Shown piece by piece: positions 1-9,929 of a stretch of DNA of 64,000 nt. The position numbers and the translations under genes were made by a program. Position 1 is the first letter of the stretch. Each line of letters opens with the position of its first letter. The notes beneath the pieces were generated by a model. It saw only the letters and a program-made list of their open reading frames with translations. It did no database searches and was not told where the DNA came from. Source of the stretch: an uncultured delta proteobacterium. GTDB taxonomy: Bacteria > Desulfobacterota > RBG-13-43-22. The DNA is taken from NCBI GenBank assembly GCA_963743305.1, contig CAVUPH010000014.1, positions 1-64,000 on the forward strand. Reading direction: 5' to 3'.

Positions 1-44
1 TATCGGGCTGACGGCCCGGCCGGGCAACCACTTCAGGGGATGGT

Positions 45-1917
45 ATGGGCACCTCCTTTTGGCCCGATGACTATTTAAAAAAACGCACCTCGGCTAAGGA
101 GGCCATCGGGAGGATTCAATCCGGGCAAAGGATCTTTATCGGCTCCTCCTGCGGGGAACCCCAATGCCTGGTCCGGGAACTGGTGAACCAGGCCGATCGG
201 TTTGCCGATCTGGAAATTGTCCGCCTGCTGAGCCTGGAAAGCTCCCCCTTGACCCAAATCGCCTCCAAAACCGGGGGCAATTGTTTTACGGTTCGTTCTT
301 TTTACCTGGGGTCCATCAAACCCCGGAGTCTGGAACGGAATAAGCGGTTTATGACCCCCATCAATCTTTCCGCCGTGCCCCGCCTCTTGAAAAGCCGACA
401 GATTCCGGTGCATGTGGCCTTGATTCAGGTTTCTCCCCCTGATGATTTCGGCTGGATGAGCCTGGGCGTTTCGGTGGATATCACCCTGGCCGGCGCCCAG
501 GCGGCGGACTTGGTGATCGCCCAGGTGAACAACCGGACGCCCCGGGTCCTGGGGCAAAGTTTCATTCACGTCAACGATGTGGACGTCATGGTGGAGTGCG
601 ATGAAGAGCTGTTGACCATTACCGACCCGCCCGAATCCCAGGCGAGCCGAATGATTGCCGAGCATGTGACCAAGCTGATTGATGACGGATCGACCATCCA
701 GATCAGTCTGGGAGCCGCCCCCCGGGCCACGTTACTGGCGCTGGCCGATCGCAAAGACTTGGGAATCCACACCCACTACCTGACCGATGCGATCATGCAG
801 CTCACCGCCCAGGGAGTAATTACCAACCGCAAAAAGGGGCACCACGAGGGCAAACTAGTGGCCAGCGCCGCCATCGGTTCCAAGGACCTTTACGCTTTCA
901 TTAACGACAACCCGGGTATTGAGTTTTACCCCTCCGATTACGTGAATAACCCGGGAATCATAGCCCGGAACAATAAGATGGTGGCCTTGAACGTGGCTAT
1001 GGCCATGGATCTCACCGGACAAGTGGCCGCCGACGCCCTGCCTTACAATAATTTTTCCGGGGTCACCGGTTTGATGGATTTTGTCCGGGGGGCCGCGGAT
1101 GCCCCGGAAGGGAAATCCATCCTCATGCTTCCTTCCACCACCCTGGATGGGAAAAGCAGCCGCATCGTCCCCTTCCTGGAAAACATCGCCGTGGTAGTCC
1201 CCCGGGGGGATGTGCAATACGTGGTCACCGAATACGGCATCGTCAATCTGTTCGGCAAGAGCCTTCAGGAACGGGCCATGGCCCTGATCAGTATTGCCCA
1301 TCCGGATTTTCGGGAAGACCTTTTCTATCAGGCCAAGAAGATCGGGCTACTGGGCCCGGAACGGAGCCTGAGCGAATCGATTTTCGGCATCTATCCCCTG
1401 AAAGTGGAGGAAATCCGGGAGGTGAACGGAAAAAAGGTTTTCCTGCGCCCGGCCAAACCTACCGACGAACGACTGATCCAGGAACACTTTTATAACATGG
1501 ACAAAGACGATGTCATCTCCCGCTTCATGCATGAAAAACTCCTCTTCTCCCGGCATGATGTGGCGGACATGTACCAGGTCGATTATGTCCGGAATATGAC
1601 CATTGTGGCGGTAGTGGGGGAAGTGGGGGTGGAACGCATCGTCGTCCGTGGGGGCCTATTTTTTCGAGCCGGCCCGGAATATGGCGGAGGTGGCCTTTTC
1701 GGTACTCAAAGACTGGCAGGGGCTGGGATTAAGTTCCCTGATTATCCGGAAATTGGCCGACGCGGCCCGGGAAAATGGCATCTCCGGCCTCACGGCCTAC
1801 ACCCAGCCGAACAATCAGCGGATGATTAAACTCTTTCAATCCCTGCCGTACAAGGTGCATACCTCCTTTGATGAAGATATGCTGTATTTAAGCTGCAAAT
1901 TCGATGAACCGGCATGA
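45..1917 (+). CDS. Acetyl-CoA hydrolase/transferase-family domain fused to C-terminal GNAT acetyltransferase (frameshift near 1648)
   Basis: ORF 45..1829 has family I CoA-transferase motifs (QVSPPDDFGWMSLGVSVD, DLTGQV, VVTEYG). The GNAT C-terminus (AEVAFSVLKDWQGLGLSS) continues in ORF 1648..1917. Confidence 0.88.
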
Positions 1918-1924
1918 TCGTAGT

Positions 1925-2025
1925 AAAAGACAGAAGATGGAATAGGAGAAAGAAGACAGAATAAAAACGGCAAGGCCTCCCCTTCTAGGGGGTTGTCTTT
2001 TTCTGGCTCCTGACTTCTATCTTTT
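1925..2025. repeat. Purine-rich/pyrimidine-rich imperfect inverted repeat element with ~7-nt periodicity
   Basis: agacagaag/agaagacagaa on the left and ttctggctcctgacttct on the right; similar element at 17607-17685. Confidence 0.5.
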
Positions 2026-2040
2026 CAAAAGGAGTCCGCC

Positions 2041-2265
2041 ATGCACAGCAAAGAGTTGTGGCCCTTTATTTTTCTGCTGGGCCTGCTGTTTTTCAATTAT
2101 CCGATCCTCGATCTGGTGGATGTGGCCCTTCCGTATTACCTTTACACCGCCTGGGCCCTTTTTATCCTGATGATCGGTCTCCTGGTCACCCTCAGTCAAC
2201 GCGAAGAAAAAAAGATAATATGTTCAGGGGCTGGTGGTTATTTTTTATCATCCTGGGCTACCTGA
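2041..2265 (+). CDS. Small two-TM membrane protein upstream of and overlapping the SLC5 kinase
   Basis: AGGAG RBS, hydrophobic ORF MHSKELWPFIFLLGLLFFNYP...; the true stop may lie near 2218 if the A-run holds an indel. Confidence 0.65.
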   Translation: MHSKELWPFIFLLGLLFFNYPILDLVDVALPYYLYTAWALFILMIGLLVTLSQREEKKIICSGAGGYFLSSWAT

Positions 2266-5186
2266 GCATCCTGTTTCTGATCGCCTATGTGGCCGAACGG
2301 CGGGAGACCCGGGGGAAGAGCCTGGTCACCAACCCCTACGTCTACTCCCTCTCCCTGGCCGTGTATTGCACCTCCTGGACCTTTTACGGCAGCGTGGGCG
2401 AGGCCGCCACTTCCGGGCTCTCCTTCCTGCCTATTTATCTGGGTCCCACTTTAATGTCCGCCCTCTGGGGCGTGCTCCTGCTAAAAATTATCGGCATCGT
2501 CAAGCGGCATCGGATCACCACCATTTCGGACTTCATCGGTTCCAGGTACGGGAATTCCCTCTCGCTTTCCGCCCTGGTGACCCTGGTGACCATGGTCGGG
2601 ATCACCCCCTATCTGGGCCTGCAGATGAAGGCCATCATGAATAGCTTCACCATCCTGGCCGGGGAGCCCACCGGAAGCATCGCCGCCGGCTGGGTCATCA
2701 CCCTACTCCTGGGTGTCTTTGCCATTATCTTCGGGGCCCGGCGGCTGGATTCATCCGAACGGCACGGGGGCCTGGTCTTTGCCATCGCCTTTGAATCCCT
2801 GATTAAGCTAATCGCTTTTCTGGTGGTCGGACTGTTTGTCACCTACGGACTTTTTGGCGGATTCAGCGACATTTTTAACCAAATCCAAAATTCCACCTAC
2901 CTTTACCTGCTGAATATCGGCAGCGGCTCCTCGGTCAGCTTTCAGGAATGGGCCTCCCTGCTCTTTCTTTCCATGATGGCCATCCTTTTTCTTCCCCGGC
3001 AGTTTCATGTGGCGGTGGTGGAGAATTCCGACCCTTCCCATGTCTTCAAAGCCATGTGGCTCTTCCCCCTCTATCTCTTTCTGATGAACATCTTTGTCCT
3101 GCCCATCGCCTTCGGGGGAATCTTATTAGGCAAGAGTCAATTGGAGGCCGATAGTTTCGTCCTGGCCATTCCCCTGAGCCAGGGCAATTCCTACCTGGCC
3201 CTCTTGGTTTTTATCGGCGGGTTCTCGGCCGCCACCGGGATGATCATCGTCGAATCCCTGGCCTTAAGCACCATGATGATGAACAGCCTGGTCATGCCGG
3301 CCATCTTCCGTTTCAATCACATCAAGGGCTTCCCCACCCTGATTCTGAACATCAAACGGTTCATCATCATCGGCTGCGTTTTCCTGGGTTATTTCTTCGC
3401 CGTGTTTATCGGCCGCTTTTATACCCTGGTGGAAATCGGGCTCAAGTCCTTTGAAGCCGTAACCATCTTCGCGCCCCCCCTGATCTTGGGCCTATACTGG
3501 AAAAAGGGGAACCGAAACGGGGCCATAGCCGGGATCATCGCCGGGTTTGTCATCTGGTTTTACACCCTGCTCATGCCGGCCCTGATCAAAGCTGAGGTCA
3601 TTTCCAATGAAGGGCTCCTCGGCTTCCTGCTGCGGCACGACTTCTTGAATCCCCATGGGCTCTTCGGCCTTAGGGGGCTGGACAAATGGAGTCATTCCCT
3701 TTTCTGGGGGCTGACCTTTAACCTGATCGGTTACGTGGGGTTCTCCCTTTTTACCTCCCAGAAGGATGAGGAAGAGCGGCAAGGGCTGCTTTTTGTAGAA
3801 TCTTATGATCCCAAATTGGTGTCCAAAAAGAGTTTATACACCATCCGGCAGATCGAGGACATCCTGGGCCAATATGTGGGCAAGCTGGAGGCCCAGGAAA
3901 TCATCGGCCGCTTTATCAGCCGGCAGGGGATCAATCGTCGGTCCATCACGCAGGACGACCTGGTTCGTCTGCGGGGCGAGGCTGAACGGATACTCTCCGG
4001 GGCCCTGGGTTCCTCCATCGCCACCATCATCTTTGAGGATAAATCCACTCTCACCGAGGAAGAGCGGGGAGAGCTTTCCAACTCCATTAAGCAGATCACC
4101 GACACGCTGCGCCTTTCCCGGCATGAGCTGGCCGAGGCCAATCGCAATCTGGCCTACCTGAAGGAATTCAGCGAAAATATCATCGAAAGCGCGCCGCTGG
4201 GCATCATCACCGTGGATTCCGGCCTGGCGGTCAAGTACTGGAATCGGGAGATGGAAAACATCACCGGCGTTAAACGGGAGGTGGCCATCAACCGGTCTAT
4301 CCAGCCGTTGCTGCCCTGGGTTCATCGGGGGGCCTGGAACTTGGGCGAGCAGAAGGAATTGATCGCCCAGACCTCGGTCAACCAGACCATCAAGATCAAC
4401 ATCAGTCCTTTCAAGGATCCTTCGGGCGGGTTGGTCGTTATCTTGGAAAACATCACCGAAAAAAAGAAGATGGAAGAGCAACTGCTCCAGACCTCCAAGC
4501 TGGCCAGTCTCGGCCAGCTCACGGCCGGCATATCCCATGAGATCGGAAACCCATTGGCCTCTATCTCCTCCCTGGTCCAGGAACTTCAATCCCTGGAACT
4601 CCACCAAGAGGATGATATTAATTTCACCAAGGAGTCGCTGCAGACCATCAACAACCATCTGGGTCGGATCGCCAATATCGTTCGCAGTCTGGGCGACTTT
4701 GCCCGAATCTCGGCTTCGGAAAAAATGCCGACCAATATCAGTGAACTGCTGGAGCAAACCGTCAATTTAGTTAAATACGACAAGCGATCCCGAAAAATCG
4801 AATTTACCACCCAGGCGGACCCTATCCCTCTGCTGCAGGTCAACCCCGACCAGATCCAACAGGTCTTTTTAAATCTGGTCCTTAATGCCATTGACGCCAT
4901 GCCCGAGGGGGGCCGGTTGGAGGTGGCGATCCGGCGCGTCGATCCCTGGGTACTGATCCGCTTTACCGATAACGGCGGCGGGATCGACCCTTCCGTCCTC
5001 GACCGCATCTTTGACCCTTTCTTCACCACCAAGCCCCTGGGCAAAGGAACAGGGTTGGGATTAAGCATCTGTTATGGTATCATCAAAGATCACAACGGAC
5101 AGATTTCGGTAAAAAGCAAAATAGGAGGCGGCACCACCTTCGAGGTCCGGCTGCCCATGGAGGAAATGGAGGAATTCAATGGATGA
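2220..5186 (+). CDS. Na+/solute symporter (SLC5)-STAC-PAS histidine kinase, CrbS/CbrA-like
   Basis: YSLSLAVYCTSWTFYGSVG and LPRQFHVAVVEN symporter motifs; AERILSGALGSSIA (STAC-like); H-box HEIGNPL; PFFTTKPLGKGTGLGL. Start placed at ATG 2220. Confidence 0.93.
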   Translation: MFRGWWLFFIILGYLSILFLIAYVAERRETRGKSLVTNPYVYSLSLAVYCTSWTFYGSVGEAATSGLSFLPIYLGPTLMSALWGVLLLKIIGIVKRHRITTISDFIGSRYGNSLSLSALVTLVTMVGITPYLGLQMKAIMNSFTILAGEPTGSIAAGWVITLLLGVFAIIFGARRLDSSERHGGLVFAIAFESLIKLIAFLVVGLFVTYGLFGGFSDIFNQIQNSTYLYLLNIGSGSSVSFQEWASLLFLSMMAILFLPRQFHVAVVENSDPSHVFKAMWLFPLYLFLMNIFVLPIAFGGILLGKSQLEADSFVLAIPLSQGNSYLALLVFIGGFSAATGMIIVESLALSTMMMNSLVMPAIFRFNHIKGFPTLILNIKRFIIIGCVFLGYFFAVFIGRFYTLVEIGLKSFEAVTIFAPPLILGLYWKKGNRNGAIAGIIAGFVIWFYTLLMPALIKAEVISNEGLLGFLLRHDFLNPHGLFGLRGLDKWSHSLFWGLTFNLIGYVGFSLFTSQKDEEERQGLLFVESYDPKLVSKKSLYTIRQIEDILGQYVGKLEAQEIIGRFISRQGINRRSITQDDLVRLRGEAERILSGALGSSIATIIFEDKSTLTEEERGELSNSIKQITDTLRLSRHELAEANRNLAYLKEFSENIIESAPLGIITVDSGLAVKYWNREMENITGVKREVAINRSIQPLLPWVHRGAWNLGEQKELIAQTSVNQTIKINISPFKDPSGGLVVILENITEKKKMEEQLLQTSKLASLGQLTAGISHEIGNPLASISSLVQELQSLELHQEDDINFTKESLQTINNHLGRIANIVRSLGDFARISASEKMPTNISELLEQTVNLVKYDKRSRKIEFTTQADPIPLLQVNPDQIQQVFLNLVLNAIDAMPEGGRLEVAIRRVDPWVLIRFTDNGGGIDPSVLDRIFDPFFTTKPLGKGTGLGLSICYGIIKDHNGQISVKSKIGGGTTFEVRLPMEEMEEFNG

Positions 5187-6354
5187 ACGATTACTGATTA
5201 TTGAAGACGAGGACACCCTGCGGGAATCGCTGAGCCGCGTATTTACCCGGGAAGGGTATCAGGTGGTGGCGGTGAACAGCGCCGAACCGGCTTTGGAACT
5301 TTTTGAAGAAGGATCGTTCGACCTGATCCTCACCGACATCATCCTCCCCGGCATCACCGGTATCGAACTCTTGAAGCGAGTCAAGGAAGCGGCGCCCGAT
5401 CAAGTGGTGATTATCATGACCGCTTACGCCTCCCTGGAAACCGCCGTGGAAACGCTGCGCTCCGGGGCCTATGACTACATCGTCAAGCCGATCATCCATG
5501 AAGAAATCAAACAGATCGTCAAAAACGCCCTGAAGGTCCGGGCCCTGCAGAAAGAAAATGTCCTGCTCAAGAAACAAATGGGGGGGTCTTATGACTTAAG
5601 CCGGATTATCGGCCAACACCCCGACATCCTGCAGATCATCGCTCGGGTCAAAAAGATTGTCGAGACCCGCAGCAATGTCTTGTTTATCGGAGAAGTAGGA
5701 ACCGGGAAACGGCTCATTGCCCGGGCCATTCACTTCAGCAGTTCCCGGGCCGATAAGGCTTTTATGCCCGTCAACCTACGCGCCATTCCGGCCGGCCTCT
5801 GGGAGGCGGAACTGTTTGGGAGAGTCAAGGACACCTTCCCCGGCACGACCCTGATCACCCGGGGTCTGCTGGAAGAGGCCAACGGGGGGACGGTGTACCT
5901 CAACGGCGTTGAACTCCTCACCCCGGACCTGCAATTGAAGCTCCTCCACGTGCTGGAAGATCAGGAAGTCCGGCCGGTGGGCGGCGCCCAGGGAATCAAA
6001 ATCGACTTGCTGGTGATCTCCAGTTCCAATCTCGAACTGGGGGCCCTGGTCAAGGCCGGACAATTTCGAGAGGACCTGTACCAACGGCTGAAAGTAGTCA
6101 CTTTAAAAATCCCTGCCCTGCGGGAACGGAAGGACGACCTGGCCCTCCTGTCGCGTTTTTTTATTCAAAGGTACGCCAAAGAATTCGGAAAGACGATCAA
6201 GGATATCGATCCCGAATCCTTGGATACTTTTTTCAACTATGACTGGCCCGGCAATGTCCGAGAATTGCGTATTATCCTTGAAAGAGCCGTGTTGATCGCT
6301 TCCGAAGAGGTCATTCGCCCGAAACACTTGCCTCGCCTGTTAGACAGCCTATGA
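5179..6354 (+). CDS. Degenerate NtrC-family response regulator (REC + AAA+; no GAFTGA, altered Walker B, no HTH)
   Basis: REC intact; GEVGTGK; DTFPGT in place of GAFTGA; YLNGV in place of FLDEI; WPGNVREL; ends at 391 aa. Confidence 0.88.
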   Translation: MDERLLIIEDEDTLRESLSRVFTREGYQVVAVNSAEPALELFEEGSFDLILTDIILPGITGIELLKRVKEAAPDQVVIIMTAYASLETAVETLRSGAYDYIVKPIIHEEIKQIVKNALKVRALQKENVLLKKQMGGSYDLSRIIGQHPDILQIIARVKKIVETRSNVLFIGEVGTGKRLIARAIHFSSSRADKAFMPVNLRAIPAGLWEAELFGRVKDTFPGTTLITRGLLEEANGGTVYLNGVELLTPDLQLKLLHVLEDQEVRPVGGAQGIKIDLLVISSSNLELGALVKAGQFREDLYQRLKVVTLKIPALRERKDDLALLSRFFIQRYAKEFGKTIKDIDPESLDTFFNYDWPGNVRELRIILERAVLIASEEVIRPKHLPRLLDSL

Positions 6355-8249
6355 TCCTGGAAGATACCATTGCATTCCTGAAAAGGATTCCACCCTTTCA
6401 ATTCCTGGAAGAATCGGTCCTGAAAAAAGTGGCGGCCAGCCTTTCATTGGAATTTTATCCGAAAGGCACCATTATCCTGAAACAATTCGGCCCGCCCAGC
6501 GATTCGGTAAAGATCATCAAAAAAGGCGGCATCAAGGTCTTGATGGAATCCCCCGAAACCGGAGAGGTCGTCATCGATTATAAGGGAGAGGGGGATACCT
6601 TCGGTTTCTTGTCCCTGATCGGAAAAGACCGCCAGCGGACTACCTGCATCGCCCTCGACGATACGATCTGTTACATCTTGGAAAAGAACGGGGTGTACCA
6701 GCTTCTGGAGACCAGCCCGGCCTTTACCGAATATTATCTGGCCTACCTCTCCCACTATGTGGACCGCACCTATCAGGAAATGCATAACAAGAGCCTTTCC
6801 TACCAGGGCAGCAACCGTTACCTTTTTGCCACTCCGGTCAAAGACATTGCCGCCAAGCCTATCTCCATCGGGGAATTATTCTCGATTCAGGAAGCCGCCC
6901 AGTTGATGGCCCGCCATAAGATCAGCTCGGTGATTGTCGTCAACCAGAATAATACACCGATCGGGATTGTTACCGACCGGGATCTTCGGGAAAAGGTGGT
7001 GGCTCGCGGTCGGTCGGTGGAGGAGCCCATCAAGAATATCCTCACCCTCTCATTAATTCGGGTCGATGCCGACGATTCCTGTTTTGAGACGATCATTAAG
7101 ATGATCAAATACAACATTCATCACATGCCGGTCATCCGGGACGGGGTCCTGTCGGGGATCGTCACCAATCACGACCTCATGCTACTCGAGGGGACTTCCC
7201 CCCTGTCCCTGGTGCACGACATCATCAACCAAACCACTATCGACGGCTTGATCCCGCTTTCCAAAAAGACCAACAATATCGTCGGCCTGCTGATCAAGGA
7301 AGATGCCAAGGCCAGCAACATTACCCAGATCATCAGCGAGATCAATGATCGGTTGATCGGCAAAGTCCTGGAGCTCGCCGAGCTCAAATACGGCCCCCCG
7401 CCTTTACCTTATTGCTGGATTGTTTATGGCAGCGAGGGCCGCAAAGAACAAACCTTTAAGACCGATCAGGACAATGCCCTGATCTACAATGATACCCCCA
7501 CTCCCGAACTGGAAGGCGAGGCGAAAAGGTACTTCAGCCGTTTTACGGCCTTCGTGACGGAAGGCTTGGTTCGGGTGGGCTTCCCGCTCTGTCCGGCTCG
7601 GTATATGGCCAGCAACGGGGAATGGTGCCAGCCCCTAACGGTTTGGAAGAAATATTTTTTGAAATGGATCGACGAACCCCTGCCGGACCATTTATTGAAG
7701 TTCTTGATTTTTTACGATTTGCGTCCCTTGCACGGAAAAACAGCTTTGGCTCAGGAATTAAGGGATTTCTTGGCTACCACATTAACAGAACAAAAGGGGT
7801 TTTTGGGACACATGTCCAATATGATGAGCCAGATCACTCCACCGATCGGATTTTTTAAAACCTTCGTCGTGGAAAAGAGCGGGGAACACAAGGATAAGTT
7901 CGACCTCAAGGTCAAAGGCCTTACTCCGTTGTTGAATGCCGTCCGGCTGTTTTCCATGGAAAAAGGGCTCCGGGTGACCGGGACCCTGGACCGGATCCTG
8001 GAGCTTAAGACCAAACATTCCATCGTCGAAGAATATTTTGATGAATTAAATCAAGCCTTTGAATTTATCATGTTGCTCCGGATTCATCATCAATTCGAAC
8101 AAATCAAGGATGGGAAGGCCCCGGATAATTTCATCAATCCCGATGAATTGAGCAACTTGCAGAAAAAAACATTAAAAGAATCCTTTAACCTGATGACCAA
8201 GGTCCAGTCCTTGATTGCGGAGCAGTATAAAACCTTCTTCCGCATATAA
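6351..8249 (+). CDS. cNMP-binding + CBS pair + DUF294 putative nucleotidyltransferase
   Basis: N-terminal PPFQFL cNMP domain, GIVTDRDLR CBS motif, GSEGRKEQTFKTDQDN nucleotidyltransferase motif. Confidence 0.92.
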   Translation: MILEDTIAFLKRIPPFQFLEESVLKKVAASLSLEFYPKGTIILKQFGPPSDSVKIIKKGGIKVLMESPETGEVVIDYKGEGDTFGFLSLIGKDRQRTTCIALDDTICYILEKNGVYQLLETSPAFTEYYLAYLSHYVDRTYQEMHNKSLSYQGSNRYLFATPVKDIAAKPISIGELFSIQEAAQLMARHKISSVIVVNQNNTPIGIVTDRDLREKVVARGRSVEEPIKNILTLSLIRVDADDSCFETIIKMIKYNIHHMPVIRDGVLSGIVTNHDLMLLEGTSPLSLVHDIINQTTIDGLIPLSKKTNNIVGLLIKEDAKASNITQIISEINDRLIGKVLELAELKYGPPPLPYCWIVYGSEGRKEQTFKTDQDNALIYNDTPTPELEGEAKRYFSRFTAFVTEGLVRVGFPLCPARYMASNGEWCQPLTVWKKYFLKWIDEPLPDHLLKFLIFYDLRPLHGKTALAQELRDFLATTLTEQKGFLGHMSNMMSQITPPIGFFKTFVVEKSGEHKDKFDLKVKGLTPLLNAVRLFSMEKGLRVTGTLDRILELKTKHSIVEEYFDELNQAFEFIMLLRIHHQFEQIKDGKAPDNFINPDELSNLQKKTLKESFNLMTKVQSLIAEQYKTFFRI

Positions 8250-8307
8250 ACAGGTTGTCCCGAAGGCCTATGAATCTTTCCGGCTACCTATTAACCCAAT
8301 CGTCCCT

Positions 8308-9654
8308 ATGCCAGAACGAATCCTGATTGTAGAAGATGAACCGACGCTGCGCGAATCCCTGAAACGGGTTTTTCTTCGGGACGGCTATGAAGTGGAAACG
8401 GTTGCCCAGGCCGAGTCGGCGCTACAACATTTTGAGGAAGGGGCCTATGATTTGATCCTCACCGACATCCTGCTTCCAGGGATGGACGGCATCGGGTTTT
8501 TACAGGCCGTCAAAAAGCAGGCCCCGAACCAAATCGTCATTATTATGACCGCCTACGCCTCCATTGAAACGGCCGTCGGGGCCCTGCGGGCCGGTGCCTA
8601 CGATTACATTTTGAAGCCTATTATCCATGAAGAGATCAAACGGATCGTTCGAATAGCTTTAAATGAACGGTCGCTCCGGGCGGAAAATCTGTTGTTGAAA
8701 AAGCAGATCGGGGAACGGTATGACTTTGAAAATATTCTGGGACAGAGCCCGACTATTCAAGCCTTGATCGATCAGGTCAAGAAGATTGCCGATTCCCGGA
8801 GCAATGTGCTGGTCCTGGGGGAGACCGGGACCGGCAAGGAGCTGTTTACCCGGGCCATTCATTTTAATAGTTCCCGCCGGAACAAACCTTTTGTGCCGAT
8901 CAACTGCAGCGCCATTCCCGGATCTCTGCTGGAGTCCGAGTTGTTTGGTTATGTGAAAGGGGCCTTCACCGGGGCCACTCAGACCAAAAGAGGCCTCTTT
9001 GAAGAAGGCGATGGGGGAACGGTTTTTTTAGATGAAATAGCCGACTTGAGTTTCCCTTTGCAGGCTAAATTACTGCGAGTTATAGATGACCATGAGATCC
9101 GCCCCTTGGGCAGCACCCAAAGCCGAAAAGTGGATATTCGTTTCATTACCGCCACCAACAAAGATATCATCCGGGCGGTACAGGAGGGTTCTCTTCGTGA
9201 AGACTTGTATTACCGTCTCAATGTGATCACTTTCCATTTGCCCCCGCTGAGGGAACGGAAGGAAGACATTCTCCTCCTGGCCAGACAATTTATTAAAAAA
9301 TACGCCCAGGAACTGGGAAAGACGGTTGACGATATTCAGGCCTCCGCGGTCAAAGTTTTGGTGGATTATCACTGGCCGGGAAATGTCCGGGAACTCCAGA
9401 ACATCATGGAACGGTCGGTTTTAATCGCCGAGGGGAAAGAGATTTCACCGGAAAATCTGCCCGAGGGACTGAAGAAGGCCGCAACTTTTCCCTTGGCCGC
9501 CTTGAACCAATCGCTATCGATCGAAAATTACACCATGGAATTCATCAAATTATATCAATCCTCCCTGAATGAACAACAATTGTCTGAAAAGCTCGGGATC
9601 ACCCGAAAGTCTCTCTGGGAAAAAAGAAAACGCTGGGGCTTGGAGAGGATATAG
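8308..9654 (+). CDS. Sigma54-dependent response regulator (NtrC family, complete)
   Basis: GETGTGKE, ESELFGYVKGAFTGA, FLDEI, WPGNVREL, C-terminal HTH (LGITRKSLWEK); start placed at ATG 8308. Confidence 0.95.
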   Translation: MPERILIVEDEPTLRESLKRVFLRDGYEVETVAQAESALQHFEEGAYDLILTDILLPGMDGIGFLQAVKKQAPNQIVIIMTAYASIETAVGALRAGAYDYILKPIIHEEIKRIVRIALNERSLRAENLLLKKQIGERYDFENILGQSPTIQALIDQVKKIADSRSNVLVLGETGTGKELFTRAIHFNSSRRNKPFVPINCSAIPGSLLESELFGYVKGAFTGATQTKRGLFEEGDGGTVFLDEIADLSFPLQAKLLRVIDDHEIRPLGSTQSRKVDIRFITATNKDIIRAVQEGSLREDLYYRLNVITFHLPPLRERKEDILLLARQFIKKYAQELGKTVDDIQASAVKVLVDYHWPGNVRELQNIMERSVLIAEGKEISPENLPEGLKKAATFPLAALNQSLSIENYTMEFIKLYQSSLNEQQLSEKLGITRKSLWEKRKRWGLERI

Positions 9655-9698
9655 CCTCTCCTTATTTTATTACTTTTTTTCCCATTTCTTTCTAAGTA

Positions 9699-9781
9699 AT
9701 GTTACAATAAGTAACATAACTAACTTATTGATATAATATAATAATTAGTAAATATCCATAAAATGTTACTTTTTGTAACGT
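9699..9781. promoter_or_regulatory. Two palindromic enhancer-like sites TGTTAC-N5-GTAAC
   Basis: ATGTTACaataaGTAACAT at 9699-9717 and ATGTTACtttttGTAACGT at 9763-9781, upstream of a sigma54 promoter. Confidence 0.75.
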
Positions 9782-9898
9782 TTCCCCTGCCATAATAGTC
9801 CTTCCTAAATTAATTTTATTTAATTCTCTTTCGCGCCTCTACCAAATATCATCAGTAAAACTAGTTAGTTAAAAAATTAATTCCTTTTGCTAGCTATT

Positions 9899-9914
9899 CG
9901 GCACAACTGTTGCT
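9899..9914 (+). promoter_or_regulatory. Sigma54 (-24/-12) promoter
   Basis: CGGCACAACTGTTGCT, GG-N10-GC with consensus flanks, 16 nt before ATG 9930. Confidence 0.85.
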
Positions 9915-9929
9915 TCTTAAAATGCCATT

